A stretch of 64,000 nt of DNA. Origin: Heptranchias perlo. Taxonomy: Eukaryota. Numbering within the stretch: the stretch's first letter is position 1; each line of letters begins with the position of its first letter. This document shows positions 44,801 through 58,600 of the stretch, in pieces. The position numbers and the translations under genes are program-made. The stretch lies in the NCBI RefSeq assembly GCF_035084215.1, contig NW_027139217.1, positions 124,001 through 188,000 on the forward strand, written 5' to 3'. The notes beneath the pieces were generated by a model, which made no database searches, was not told where the DNA came from, and saw nothing but the letters and a program-made list of their open reading frames with translations.

Positions 44801-47800
44801 TCTCTCTGTGTGCGCCTCTCTTTCTCTCTGTGTGCGCCTCTCTCTCTCTCTGTGTGCGCCTCTCTCTCTCTCTCTGTGTGCGCCTCTCTCTCTCTCTCTG
44901 TGTGCGCCTCTCTCTCTCTCTCTGTGTGCGCCTCTCTTTCTCTCTGTGTGCGCCTCTCTCTCTCTCTGTGTGCGCCTCTCTCTCTCTGTGTGCGCCTCTC
45001 TTTCTCTCTGTGTGCGCCTCTCTCTCTCTCTCTGTGTGCGCCTCTCTCTCTCTCTGTGTGCGCCTCTCTCTCTCTCTCTGTGTGCGCCTCTCTTTCTCTC
45101 TGTGTGCGCCTCTCTCTCTCTCTCTGTGTGCGCCTCTCTTTCTCTCTGTGTGCGCCTCTCTCTCTCTCTGTGTGCGCCTCTCTCTCTCTCTGTGTGCGCC
45201 TCTCTCTCTCTCTCTGTGTGCGCCTCTCTCTCTCTCTGTGTGCGCCTCTCTCTCTCTCTCTGTGTGCGCCTCTCTCTCTCTCTGTGTGCGCCTCTCTCTC
45301 TCTCTGTGTGCGCCTCTCTCTCTCTCTCTGTGTGCGCCTCTCTCTCTCTCTGTGTGCGCCTCTCTCTCTCTCTGTGTGCGCCTCTCTTTCTCTCTGTGTG
45401 CGCCTCTCTCTCTCTCTCTGTGTGCGCCTCTCTCTCTCTCTGTGTGCGCCTCTCTCTCTCTCTCTGTGTGCGCCTCTCTTTCTCTCTGTGTGCGCCTCTC
45501 TCTCTCTCTCTGTGTGCGCCTCTCTCTCTCTCTCTGTGTGCGCCTCTCTCTCTCTCTGTGTGCGCCTCTCTCTCTCTCTCTGTGTGCGCCTCTCTTTCTC
45601 TCTGTGTGCGCCTCTCTCTCTCTCTCTGTGTGCGCCTCTCTTTCTCTCTGTGTGCGCCTCTCTCTCTCTGTGTGCGCCTCTCTTTCTCTCTGTGTGCGCC
45701 TCTCTCTCTCTCTGTGTGCGCCTCTCTCTCTCTCTGTGTGCGCCTCTCTCTCTCTCTCTGCGTGCGCCTCTCTTTCTCTCTGTGTGCGCCTCTCTCTCTC
45801 TGTGTGCGCCTCTCTTTCTCTCTGCGTGCGCCTCTCTCTCTCTCTGCGTGCGCCTCTCTCTCTCTCTGTGTGCGCCTCTCTTTCTCTCTGTGTGCGCCTC
45901 TCTCTCTCTCTCTGTGTGCGCCTCTCTTTCTCTCTGTGTGCGCCTCTCTCTCTCTGTGTGCGCCTCTCTTTCTCTCTGTGTGCGCCTCTCTCTCTCTCTG
46001 TGTGCGCCTCTCTCTCTCTCTGTGTGCGCCTCTCTCTCTCTCTCTGTGTGCGCCTCTCTTTCTCTCTGTGTGCGCCTCTCTCTCTCTCTCTGTGTGCGCC
46101 TCTCTTTCTCTCTGTGTGCGCCTCTCTCTCTCTGTGTGCGCCTCTCTTTCTCTCTGTGTGCGCCTCTCTCTCTCTCTGTGTGCGCCTCTCTCTCTCTCTG
46201 TGTGCGCCTCTCTCTCTCTCTCTGCGTGCGCCTCTCTTTCTCTCTGTGTGCGCCTCTCTCTCTCTGTGTGCGCCTCTCTTTCTCTCTGCGTGCGCCTCTC
46301 TCTCTCTCTGCGTGCGCCTCTCTCTCTCTCTGTGTGCGCCTCTCTTTCTCTCTGCGTGCGCCTCTCTCTCTCTCTGTGTGCGCCTCTCTCTCTCTCTGTG
46401 TGCGCCTCTCTCTCTCTCTGTGCGCCTCTCTCTCTCTCTGTGTGCGCCTCTCTCTCTCTCTGTGTGCGCCTCTCTCTCTCTCTGTGCGCCTCTCTCTCTC
46501 TCTGCGTGCGCCTCTCTCTCTCTCTCTGTGTGCGCCTCTCTTTCTCTCTGCGTGCGCCTCTCTCTCTCTCTGCGTGCGCCTCTCTCTCTGTGTGCGCCTC
46601 TCTCTCTCTCTGCGTGCGCCTCTCTCTCTCTCTCTGTGTGCGCCTCTCTTTCTCTCTGCGTGCGCCTCTCTCTCTCTCTGTGTGCGCCTCTCTCTCTCTC
46701 TCTGCGTGCGCCTCTCTTTCTCTCTGCGTGCGCCTCTCTCTCTCTCTGTGTGCGCCTCTCTTTCTCTCTGCGTGCGCCTCTCTCTCTCTCTGTGTGCGCC
46801 TCTCTCTCTCTCTGTGTGCGCCTCTCTCTTTCTCTCTGTGTGCGCCTCTCTCTCTCTCTGTGTGCGCCTCTCTCTCTCTCTGCGTGCGCCTCTCTCTCTC
46901 TCTGTGTGCGCCTCTCTTTCCCTCTGCGTGCGCCTCTCTCTCTCTCTGTGTGCGCCTCTCTCTCTCTCTGCGCGCGCCTCTCTCTCTCTCTCTGTGTGCG
47001 CCTCTCTCTCTCTCTGTGTGCGCCTCTCTCTCTCTCTGTGTGCGCCTCTCTCTCTCTCTGCGTGCGCCTCTCTCTCTCTCTGTGTGCGCCTCTCTCTCTC
47101 TCTGCGTGCGCCTCTCTTTCTCTCTGCGTGCGCCTCTCTCTCTCTCTGTGTGCGCCTCTCTTTCTCTCTGCGTGCGCCTCTCTCTCTCTCTGTGTGCGCC
47201 TCTCTTTCCCTCTGCGTGCGCCTCTCTCTCTCTCTGTGTGCGCCTCTCTCTCTCTCTGCGCGCGCCTCTCTCTCTCTCTCTGTGTGCGCCTCTCTCTCTC
47301 TCTGCGCGCGCCTCTCTCTTTCTCTCTGTGTGCGCCTCTCTCTCTCTCTCTGTGCGCCTCTCTTTCCCTCTGCGTGCGCCTCTCTCTCTCTCTGTGTGCG
47401 CCTCTCTCTCTCTCTGCGCGCGCCTCTCTCTTTCTCTCTGTGTGCGCCTCTCTCTCTCTCTGTGTGCGCCTCTCTCTCTCTCTGTGTGCGCCTCTCTCTC
47501 TGTGTGCGCCTCTCTCTCTCTCTGTGTGCGCCTCTCTCTCTCTCTGCGCGCGCCTCTCTCTTTCTCTCTGTGTGCGCCTCTCTCTCTCTCTGTGTGCGCC
47601 TCTCTCTCTCTCTGTGTGCGCCTCTCTCTCTCTCTGTGTGCGCCTCTCTCTCTCTCTGTGTGCCCCTCTCTCTCTCTGCGTGCGCCTCTCTCTCTCTCTG
47701 CGTGCGCCTCTCTCTCTCTCTGTGTGCGCCTCTCTTTCTCTCTGCGTGCGCCTCTCTCTCTCTCTGCGTGCGCCTCTCTCTCTCTCTCTGCGTGCGCCTC

Positions 47801-50800
47801 TCTCTCTCTCTGCGTGCGCCTCTCTCTCTCTCTGCGTGCGCCTCTCTCTCTCTCTGCGTGCGCCTCTCTCTCTCTCTCTGCGTGCGCCTCTCTGTCTCTC
47901 TGTGTGCGCCTCTCTCTCTCTCTCTGCGTGCGCCTCTCTCTCTCTCTCTGCGTGCGCCTCTCTGTCTCTCTGCGTGCGCCTCTCTCTCTCTCTGTGTGCG
48001 CCTCTCTCTCTGCGTGCGCCTCTCTCCCTCTCTCTGTGCGCCTCTCTCTCTCTCTCTGTGTGCGCCTCTCTTTCTCTCTGTGTGCGCCTCTCTCTCTCTC
48101 TGTGTGCGCCTCTCTCTCTCTCTGTGTGCGCCTCTCTTTCTCTCTGTGTGCGCCTCTCTCTCTCTCTGTGTGCGCCTCTCTCTCTCTCTGTGTGCGCCTC
48201 TCTTTCTCTCTGTGTGCGCCTCTCTTTCTCTCTGTGTGTGCCTCTCTTTCTCTCTGTGTGCGCCTCTCTCTCTCTGCATGCGCCTCTCTCTCTCTCTGTG
48301 TGCGCCTCTCTCTCTCTCTCTGTGCGCCTCTCTCTCTCTCTGCGTGCGCCTCTCTCTCTCTCTGCGTGCGCCTCTCTCTCTCTCTGTGTGCGCCTCTCTC
48401 TCTCTCTGTGTGCGCCTCTCTTTCTCTCTGTGTGCGCCTCTCTTTCTCTCTGCGTGCGCCTCTCTCTCTCTCTGCGTGCGCCTCTCTCTCTCTCTGCGTG
48501 CGCCTCTCTCTCTCTCTGTGTGCGCCTCTCTTTCTCTCTGTGTGCGCCTCTCTCTCTCTCTGCGTGCGCCTCTCTCTCTCTCTGTGTGCGCCTCTCTTTC
48601 TCTCTGCGTGCGCCTCTCTTTCTGCATGCGCCTCTCTTTCTCTCTGCGTGCGCCTCTCTTTCTCTCTGCGTGCGCCTCTCTTTCTCTCTGCGTGCGCCTC
48701 TCTCTTTCTCTCTGCGTGCGCCTCTCTTTCTCTCTGCGTGCGCCTCTCTTTCTCTCTGCGCGCGCCTCTCTTTCTCTCTGTGTGCGCCTCTCTTTCCCTC
48801 TGTGTGCGTCTCTCTCTCTCTGTGTGCGCCTCTCTTTCCCTCTGTGTGCGTCTCTCTCTCTCTTTGTGCCCCTCTCTTTCCCTCTGTGTGCGCCTCTCTC
48901 TCTCTTTGTGCCCCTCTCTTTCTCTCTGTGTGCGCCTCTCTCTCTCTGTGTGCGCCTCTCTCTCTCTCTGTGCGCCTCTCTTTCCCTCTGTGTGCGCCTC
49001 TCTCCCTCTGCGTGTGCCTCTCTTTCTCTCGGCGTGCGCCTCTCTTTCTCTCTGCGTGCGCCTCTCTTTCTCTCTGCGTGCGCCTCTCTCTCTCTCTGTG
49101 TGCGCCTCTCTTTCTCTCTGCGTGCGCCTCTCTCTCTGTGTGCGCCTCTCTTTGTCTCTGCGTGCGCCTCTCTCTCTCTGTGTGCGCCTCTCTTTCTCTC
49201 TGTGTGCGCCTCTCTCTCTGCGTGTGCCTCTCTTTCTCTCTGCGCGCGCCTCTCTTTCTCTCTGCGTGCGCCTCTCTTTGTCTCTGTGTGCCCCTCTCTC
49301 TCTCTGTGTGCGCCTCTCTCTCTCTGCGTGTGCCTCTCTCTCTCTCTGTGTGCGCCTCTCTCTCTCTCTGTGTGCGCCTCTCTTTCTCTCTGTGTGCGCC
49401 TCTCTTTCCCTCTGTGTGCGCCTCTCTTTCTCTGCGTGCGCCTCTCTTTCTCTGCGTGCGCCTCTCTCTCTCTCTCTCTGTGCGCCTCTCTTTCTCTCTG
49501 TGTGCGCCTCTCTCTCTCTGCGTGCGCCTCTCTCTCTCTCTGTGTGCGCCTCTCTTTCTCTCTGTGTGCGCCTCTCTTTCTCTCTGTGTGCGCCTCTCTC
49601 TCTCTCTGTGTGCGCCTCTCTTTCTCTCTGTGTGCGCCTCTCTCTCTCTCTGTGTGCGCCTCTCTTTCTCTCTGTGTGCGCCTCTCTTTCTCTCTGTGTG
49701 CGCCTCTCTTTCTCTCTGTGTGCGCCTCTCTTTCTCTCTGTGTGCGCCTCTCTTTGTCTCTGCGTGCGCCTCTCTTTCCCTCTGCGTGCGCCTCTCTTTC
49801 TCTGCGTGCGCCTCTCTCTCTCTCTGCGCGCGCCTCTCTCTCTCTCTGCGCGCGCCTCTCTCTCTCTCTGCGCGCGCCTCTCTCTCTCTCTGCGCGCGCC
49901 TCTCTTTCTCTCTGCGTGCGCCTCTCTGTCTCTCTGCGTGCGCCTCTCTTTCTCTCTGCGTGCGCCTCTCTTTCTCTCTGCGTGCGCCTCTCTCCTTCTC
50001 TCTGCGTGCGCCTCTCTTTCTCTCTGCGTGCGCCTCTCTTTCTGCATGCGCCTCTCTTTCTCTCTGCGTGCGCCTCTCTTTCTCTCTGCGTGCGCCTCTC
50101 TTTCTCTCTGCGTGCGCCTCTCTTTCTCTCTGCGTGCGCCTCTCTCTTTCTCTCTGCGTGCGCCTCTCTTTCTCTCTGCGTGCGCCTCTCTTTCTCTCTG
50201 CGTGCGCCTCTCTTTCTCTCTGCGTGCGCCTCTCTTTCTCTCTGCGTGCGCCTCTCTTTCTCTCTGCGTGCGCCTCTCTTTCTCTCTGCGTGCGCCTCTC
50301 TCTTTCTCTCTGCGTGCGCCTCTCTTTCTCTCTGCGTGCGCCTCTCTCTTTCTCTCTGCGTGCGCCTCTCTTTCTCTCTGCGTGCGCCTCTCTGTCTCTC
50401 TGCGTGCGCCTCTCTTTCTTTCTGCGTGCGCCTCTCTTTCTCTCTGCGTGCGCCTCTCTTTCTCTCTGCGTGCGCCTCTCTTTCTCTCTGCGTTCGCCTC
50501 TCTCTTTCTCTCTGCGTGCGCCTCTCTCTCTCTGTGTGCGCCTCTCTCTCTCTCTGTGCGCCTCTCTTTCTCTCTGCGTGCGCCTCTCTCTCTCTGTGTG
50601 CGCCTCTCTTTCTCTCTGCGTGCGCCTCTCTCTCTCTGCGTGCGCCTCTCTCTCTCTCTCTGCATGCGCCTCTCTTTCTCTCTGCGTGCGCCTCTCTCTC
50701 TCTGCGTGCGCCTCTCTCTCTCTGCGTGCGCCTCTCTCTCTGCGTGTGCCTCTCTCTCTGCGTGCGCCTCTCTCTCTCTGCGTGTGCCTCTCTCTCTGTG

Positions 50801-53800
50801 TGCGCCTCTCTCTCTGCGTGCGCCTCTCTCTCTCTGCGTGCGCCTCTCTCTTTCTGCGTGCGCCTCTCTTTCTCTCTGCGTGCGCCTCTCTTTCTCTCTG
50901 CGTGCGCCTCTCTCTTTCTCTCTGCGTGCGCCTCTCTCTCTCTGTGTGCGCCTCTCTCTCTCTCTGTGCGCCTCTCTTTCTCTCTGCGTGCGCCTCTCTC
51001 TCTCTGTGTGCGCCTCTCTTTCTCTCTGCGTGCGCCTCTCTCTCTCTGCGTGCGCCTCTCTCTCTCTCTCTGCATGCGCCTCTCTTTCTCTCTGTGTGCG
51101 CCTCTCTCTCTCTGCGTGCGCCTCTCTCTCTCTCTGTGTGCGCCTCTCTTTCTCTCTGTGTGCGCCTCTCTTTCTCTCTGCGTGCGCCTCTCTGTCTCTC
51201 TGCGTGCGCCTCTCTTTCTTTCTGCGTGCGCCTCTCTTTCTCTCTGCGTGCGCCTCTCTTTCTCTCTGCGTGCGCCTCTCTTTCTCTCTGCGTTCGCCTC
51301 TCTCTTTCTCTCTGCGTGCGCCTCTCTCTCTCTGTGTGCGCCTCTCTCTCTCTCTGTGCGCCTCTCTCTCTCTCTGCGTGCGCCTCTCTCTCTCTGTGTG
51401 CGCCTCTCTTTCTCTCTGCGTGCGCCTCTCTCTCTCTGCGTGCGCCTCTCTCTCTCTGCGTGCGCCTCTCTCTCTCTCTCTGCATGCGCCTCTCTTTCTC
51501 TCTGCGTGCGCCTCTCTCTCTCTGCGTGCGCCTCTCTCTCTCTGCGTGCGCCTCTCTCTCTGCGTGTGCCTCTCTCTCTGCGTGCGCCTCTCTCTCTCTG
51601 CGTGTGCCTCTCTCTCTGTGTGCGCCTCTCTCTCTGCGTGCGCCTCTCTCTCTCTGCGTGCGCCTCTCTCTTTCTGCGTGCGCCTCTCTTTCTCTCTGCG
51701 TGCGCCTCTCTTTCTCTCTGCGTGCGCCTCTCTTTCTCTCTGCGTTCGCCTCTCTCTTTCTCTCTGCGTGCGCCTCTCTCTCTCTGTGTGCGCCTCTCTC
51801 TCTCTCTGTGCGCCTCTCTTTCTCTCTGCGTGCGCCTCTCTCTCTCTGTGTGCGCCTCTCTTTCTCTCTGCGTGCGCCTCTCTCTCTCTGCGTGCGCCTC
51901 TCTCTCTCTCTCTGCATGCGCCTCTCTTTCTCTCTGTGTGCGCCTCTCTCTCTCTGCGTGCGCCTCTCTCTCTCTCTGTGTGCGCCTCTCTTTCTCTCTG
52001 TGTGCGCCTCTCTTTCTCTCTGTGTGCGCCTCTCTCTCTCTCTGTGTGCGCCTCTCTCTCTCTCTGTGTGCGCCTCTCTTTCTCTCTGTGTGCGCCTCTC
52101 TCTCTCTCTGTGTGCGCCTCTCTTTCTCTCTGTGTGCGCCTCTCTTTCTCTCTGTGTGCGCCTCTCTTTCTCTCTGTGTGCGCCTCTCTTTGTCTCTGCG
52201 TGCGCCTCTCTTTCCCTCTGTGTGCGCCTCTCTTTCTCTGCGTGCGCCTCTCTCTCTGCGCGCGCCTCTCTCTCTCTCTGCGCGCGCCTCTCTCTCTCTC
52301 TGCGCGCGCCTCTCTTTCTCTCTGCGCGCGCCTCTCTTTCTCTCTGCGCGCGCCTCTCTGTCTCTCTGCGTGCGCCTCTCTTTCTCTCTGCGTGCGCCTC
52401 TCTTTCTCTCTGCGTGCGCCTCTCTCCTTCTCTCTGCGTGCGCCTCTCTTTCTCTCTGCGTGCGCCTCTCTTTCTGCATGCGCCTCTCTTTCTCTCTGCG
52501 TGCGCCTCTCTTTCTCTCTGCGTGCGCCTCTCTTTCTCTCTGCGTGCGCCTCTCTCTTTCTCTCTGCGTGCGCCTCTCTTTCTCTCTGCGTGCGCCTCTC
52601 TTTCTCTCTGCGTGCGCCTCTCTTTCTCTCTGCGTGCGCCTCTCTTTCTCTCTGCGTGCGCCTCTCTCTTTCTCTCTGCGTGCGCCTCTCTTTCTCTCTG
52701 CGTGCGCCTCTCTCTTTCTCTCTGCGTGCGCCTCTCTTTCTCTCTGCGTGCGCCTCTCTGTCTCTCTGCGTGCGCCTCTCTTTCTTTCTGCGTGCGCCTC
52801 TCTTTCTCTCTGCGTGCGCCTCTCTTTCTCTCTGCGTGCGCCTCTCTTTCTCTCTGCGTTCGCCTCTCTCTTTCTCTCTGCGTGCGCCTCTCTCTCTCTG
52901 TGTGCGCCTCTCTCTCTCTCTGTGCGCCTCTTTCTCTCTGCGTGCGCCTCTCTCTCTCTGTGTGCGCCTCTCTTTCTCTCTGCGTGCGCCTCTCTCTCTC
53001 TGCGTGCGCCTCTCTCTCTCTCTCTGCATGCGCCTCTCTTTCTCTCTGCGTGCGCCTCTCTCTCTCTGCGTGCGCCTCTCTCTCTCTGCGTGCGCCTCTC
53101 TCTCTGCGTGTGCCTCTCTCTCTGCGTGCGCCTCTCTCTCTCTGCGTGTGCCTCTCTCTCTGTGTGCGCCTCTCTCTCTGCGTGCGCCTCTCTCTCTCTG
53201 CGTGCGCCTCTCTCTTTCTGCGTGCGCCTGTCTCTCTCTCTGCGTGCGCCTCTCTCTTTCTGCGTGCGCCTGTCTCTCTCTCTGCGTGCGCCTGTCTCTC
53301 TCTCTGCGTGCGCCTGTCTCTCTCTGCGTGCGCCTCTCTCTCTCTGCGTGCGCCTCTCTCTCTGCGTGCGCATCTCTTTCTCTCTGTGTGCGCCTCTCGC
53401 TCTGTGCGCCTCTCTCTCTCTCTCTGCTTGCGCCTCTCTCTCTCTCTGCGTGCGCCTCCCTCTCTGCGTGCGCATCTCTTTCTCTCTGCGTGCGCCTCTC
53501 TCTCTGTGCGCCTCTCTCTCTCTCTCTGCGTGCGCCTCTCTCTCTCTCTGCGTGCGCCTCTCTCTATCTCTCTGCGTGCGCCTCTCTCTCTCTCTCTCTG
53601 CGTGCGCCTCTCTCTCTGCGTGCGCCTCTCTCTCTCTCTGCGTGCGCCTCTCTCTCTCTGCGTGCGCCTCGCTCTCTCTCTCTGCGTGCGCCTCTCTCTC
53701 TCTCTGCGTGCGCCTCTCTCTGCGTGCGCCTCTCTCTCTCTCTCTGCGTGCGCCTCTCTCTCTGCGTGCGCCTCTCTCTCTCTCTCTCTGCATGCGCCTC

Positions 53801-55680
53801 TCTCTCTCTCTGCGTGCGCCTCTCTTTCTCTCTGTGTGCGCCTCTCTCTCTCTGCGCGCGCCTTTCTTTCTCTCTGTGTGTGCCTCTCTTTCTCTCTGTG
53901 TGCGCCTCTCTCTCTCTCTGCGTGCGCCTCTCTCTCTCTGTGTGCGCCTCTCTTTCTCTCTGCGCGCGCCTCTCTTTCTCTCTGCGTGCGCCTCTCTTTG
54001 TCTCTGCGTGCGCCTCTCTTTGTCTCTGTGTGCCCCTCTCTCTCTCTGTGCGCCTCTCTTTCTCTGCGTGCGCCTCTCTCTCTCTGTGTGCGCCTCTCTC
54101 TCTCTCTGTGTGCGCCTCTCTTTCTCTCTGCTTGTGCCTCTCTCTCTCTGTGTGCGCCTCTCTCTCTGTGTGCGCCTCTCTCTCTCTGCGTGTGCGTCTC
54201 TCTCTCTCTGTGTGCGCCTCTCTTTCTCTCTGTGTGCGCCTCTCTTTCTCTCTGTGTGCGCCTCTCTTTCCCTCTGTGTGCGCCTCTCTTTCTCTGCGTG
54301 CGCCTCTCTTTCTCTGCGTGCGCCTCTCTTTCTCTGCGTGCGCCTCTCTCTCTGTGTGCGCCTCTCTCTCCCTCTGCGTGCGCCTCTCTCTCTCTCTGTG
54401 TGCGCCTCTCTCTCTCTGTGTGCGCCTCTCTTTCTCTCTGTGTGCGCCTCTCTCTCTCTCTGTGTGCGCCTCTCTCTCTCTGTGTGCGCCTCTCTTTCTC
54501 TCTGTGTGTGCCTCTCTTTCTCTGTGTGTGCCTCTCTTTCTCTCTGTGTGCGCCTCTCTCTCTCTGCGTGCGCCTCTCTCTCTCTCTGTGTGCGCCTCTC
54601 TCTCTCTCTGCGTGCGCCTCTCTCTCTCTCTGTGTGCGTCTCTCTCTCTCTGTGTGCGCCTCTCTTTCCCTCTATGTGCGCCTCTCTCTCTCTTTGTGCC
54701 CCTCTCTTTCCCTCTGTGTGCGCCTCTCTCTCTCTGCGTGCGCCTCTCTCTCTCTGTGTGCGCCTCTCTTTCCCTCTGTGTGCGCCTCTCTCTCTCTGCG
54801 TGTGCCTCTCTTTCTCTCTGCGTGCGCCTCTCTTTCTCTCTGCGTGCGCCTCTCTTTCTCTCTGCGTGCGCCTCTCTCTCTCTCTGTGTGCGCCTCTCTT
54901 TCTCTCTGCGTGCGCCTCTCTTTCTCTCTGCGTGCGCCTCTCTTTCTCTCTGCGTGCGCCTCTCTTTCTCTCTGCGCGCGCCTCTCTTTCTCTCTGTGTG
55001 CGCCTCTCCTTGTCTCTGTGTGCGCCTCTCTCTCTCTGCGTGCGCCTCTCTCTCTCTCTCTCTGTGTGCGCCTCTCTTTCTCTCTGTGTGCGCCTCTCTC
55101 TCTCTGCGTGCGCCTCTCTCTCTCTCTGTGTGCGCCTCTCTTTCTCTCTGTGTGCGCCTCTCTTTCCCTCTGTGTGCGCCTCTCTTTCTCTGCGTGCGCC
55201 TCTCTCTCTCTGCGCGCGCCGCTCTCTCTCTCTGCGCGCGCCTCTCTCTCTCTCTGCGCGCGCCTCTCTCTCTCTCTGCGCGCGCCTCTCTTTCTCTCTG
55301 CGTGCGCCTCTCTTTCTCTCTGCGTGCGCCTCTCTTTCTCTCTGCGTGCGCCTCTCTTTCTCTCTGCGTGCGCCTCTCTTTCTCTCTGCGTGCGCCTCTC
55401 TTTCTCTCTGCGTGCGCCTCTCTGTCTCTCTGCGTGCGCCTCTCTTTCTCTCTGCGTGCGCCTCTCTCTTTCTCTCTGCGTGCGCCTCTCTTTCTCTCTG
55501 CGTGCGCCTCTCTCTCTCTCTGCGTGCGCCTCTCTTTCTCTCTGCGTGCGCCTCTCTTTCTCTCTGCGTGCGCCTCTCTCTTTCTCTCTGCGTGCGCCTC
55601 TCTCTTTCTCTCTGCGTGCGCCTCTCTTTCTCTCTGCGTGCGCCTCTCTTTCTGCATGCGCCTCTCTTTCTCTCTGCGTT
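38836..55680. repeat. ~20-24-bp satellite, block 2 (16.8 kb) with internal higher-order duplications
   Basis: Direct reading; rare variants recur at ~3.1 kb spacing. Confidence 0.97.
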
Positions 55681-58600
55681 CATCTCCCTCCAAAACAGGT
55701 ATACCGTTTTGGATACTGTTGGCGGAGATGGCTTACCAGGGGAAGGTGGCAGTGGCCAGGTTCATGGCACCGTGGCTGGCTCTGCTGCACAGGAGGGCAG
55801 GAAAAAGAGTGGCAGAGCTATAGTGATAGGGGACTCGATTGTAAGGGGAATAGACAGGCGTTTCTGCGGACGCAACCGAGACTCTAGGATGGTATGTTGC
55901 CTCCCTGGTGCAAGGGTCAAGGATGTCTCGGAGCGGCTGCAGGACATTCTGGAGGGGGAGGGTGAACAGCCAGTTGTCGTGGTGCATATAGGCACCAACG
56001 ATATAGGTAAAAAACAGGATGAGGTCCTACAAGCTGAATTTAGGGAGTTAGGAGTTAAACTAAAGAGTAGGACCTCAAAGGTAGTAATCTCAGGATTGCT
56101 ACCAGTGCCACGGGCAAGTCAGAGTAGGAATGACAGGATAGCTAAGATGAATACGTGGCTTGAGAGATGGTGCAAGAGGGAGGGATTCAAATTCCTGGGC
56201 CATTGGAACCGGTTCTGGGGGAGGTGGGACCAGTACAAATTGGACGGTCTGCATCTGGGCAGGACTGGAACCAATGTCCTAGGGGGAGTGTTTGCCAGTG
56301 CTGTTGGGGAGGGTTTAAACTAATGTGGCAGGGGGATGGGAACCGATGCAGGAAGTCAGTGGGAAATAAAGTGGTGACAGAAACAAAAGGCAGTAAGGGA
56401 GAGTGTACAGAACATGACCGGACAGATGGTCTGAGAAAGCAGGGCAAAGACCAAGGGAAGACTAGATTAAACTGCATTTATTTCAATGCAAGAAGTCTGA
56501 TGGGCAAGGCAGATGAACTCAGGGCATGGATGGGTACATGGGACTGGGATGTTATAGCTATTACTGAAACATGGCTAAGGGAGGGGCAGGACTGGCAGCT
56601 CAATGTTCCAGGGTACAGATGCTATAGGAAAGATAGAGCAGGAGGTAAGAGAGGAGGGGGAGTTGCGTTCTTGATTAGGGAGAACATCACGGCAGTAGTG
56701 AGAGGGGATATATCCGAGGGTTCGCCCACTGAGTCCATATGGGTAGAACTGAAAAATAAGAAGGGAGAGATCACTTTGATAGGATTGTACTACAGACCCC
56801 CAAATAGTCAACGGGAAATTGAGGAGCAAATATGTAAGGAGATTACAGACAGCTGCAAGAAAAATAGGGTGGTAATAGTAGGGGACTTTAACTTTCCCAA
56901 CATTGACTGGGACAGCCATAGCATTAGGGGCTTGAATGGAGAGAAATTTGTTGAGTGTATTCAGGAGGAATTTCTCATTCAGTATGTGGATGGCCCGACT
57001 AGAGAGGGGGCAAAACTTGACCTCCTCTTGGGAAATAAGGAAGGGCAGGTGACAGAAGTGTTAGTGAGGGATCATTTTGGGACCAGTGATCATAATTCCA
57101 TTAGTTTTAAGATAGCTATGGAGAATGATAAGACCTATCATTCTCCATAGTTAAAATTCTAAATTGGGGAAAGTTAAAATTCTAAATTGGGGAAAGGCCA
57201 ATTTTGATGGTATTAGACAGGAACTTTCAGAAGTTGATTGGGAGAGTCTGTTGGCAGGCAAAGGGACGTCTGGTAAGTGGGAGGCTTTCAAAAGTGTGTT
57301 AACCAGGGTTCAGTGTAAGCACATTCCTTATAAAGTGAAGGGCAAGGCTGGTAGAAGTAGGGAACCTTGGATGACTCGGGAGATTGAGGCACTAGTCAAA
57401 AATAAGAAGGAGGCATATGACATGCATAGGCAGCTGGGATCAAGTGGATCCCTTGAAGAGTATAGAGATTGCCGGAGTAGAGTTAAGAGAGAAATCAGGA
57501 GGGCAAAAAGGGGATATGAGATTGCTTTGGCAGATCAGGCAAAGGTGAATCCAAAGAGCTTCTACAAATACATAAAGGGCAAAAGGGTAACAAGGGAGAG
57601 AGTAGGGCCTCTTAAGGATCAACAAGGTCATCTATGTGCGGAACCACAAGAGATGGGTGAGATCCTGAATGAATATTTCACATCGGTATTTACGGTTGAG
57701 AAAGGCATGGATGTTAGGGAACTTGGGGAAATAAATAGTGATGTCTTGAGGAGTGTACATATTACAGAGAGGGAGGTGCTGGAAGTCTTAACGCGCATCA
57801 AGGTAGATAAATCTCCGGGACCTGATGAAATGTATCCCAGGACGTTATGGGAGGTTAGGGAGGAAATTGCGGGTCCCCTAGCAGAGATATTTGAATCATC
57901 CACCGCTACAGGTGAGGTGCCTGAAGATTGGAGGGTAGCAAATGTTGTGCCTTTGTTTAAGAAGGGCGGCAGGGAAAAGCCTGGGAACTACAGACCAGTG
58001 AGCCTGACATCTGTAGTGGGTAAGTTGTTAGAGGGTATTCTGAGGGACAGAATCTACAGGCATTTGGAGAGGCAGGGACTAATTAGGAACAGTCAGCATG
58101 GTTTTGTGAGAGGAAAATCATGTCTCACGAATTTGATTGAGTTTTTTGAAGGGGTAACCAAGAAGATAGATGAGGGCTGTGCAGTAGACGTGGTCTACAT
58201 GGACTTCAGCAAAGCATTTGACAAGGTACCGCATGGTAGGTTGTTACATAAGGTTAAATCTCATGGGATCCAAGGTGAGGTAGCCAATTGGATACAAAAT
58301 TGGCTTGACGACAGAAGACAGAGGGTGGTTGTCGAGGGTTGTTTTTCAAACTGGATGCCTGTGTCCAGCGGTGTGCCTCAGGGATCGGTGCTGGGTCCGC
58401 TGTTATTTGTTATTTATATTAATGATTTGGATGAGAATTTAGGAGGCATGGTTAGTAAGTTTGCAGATGACACCAAGATTGGTGGCATTGTGGACAGTGA
58501 AGAAGGTTATCTAGGATTGCAACGGGATCTTGATAAATTGGGCCAGTGGGCCGATGAATGGCAGATGGAGTTTAATTTAGATAAATGTGAGGTGATGCAT

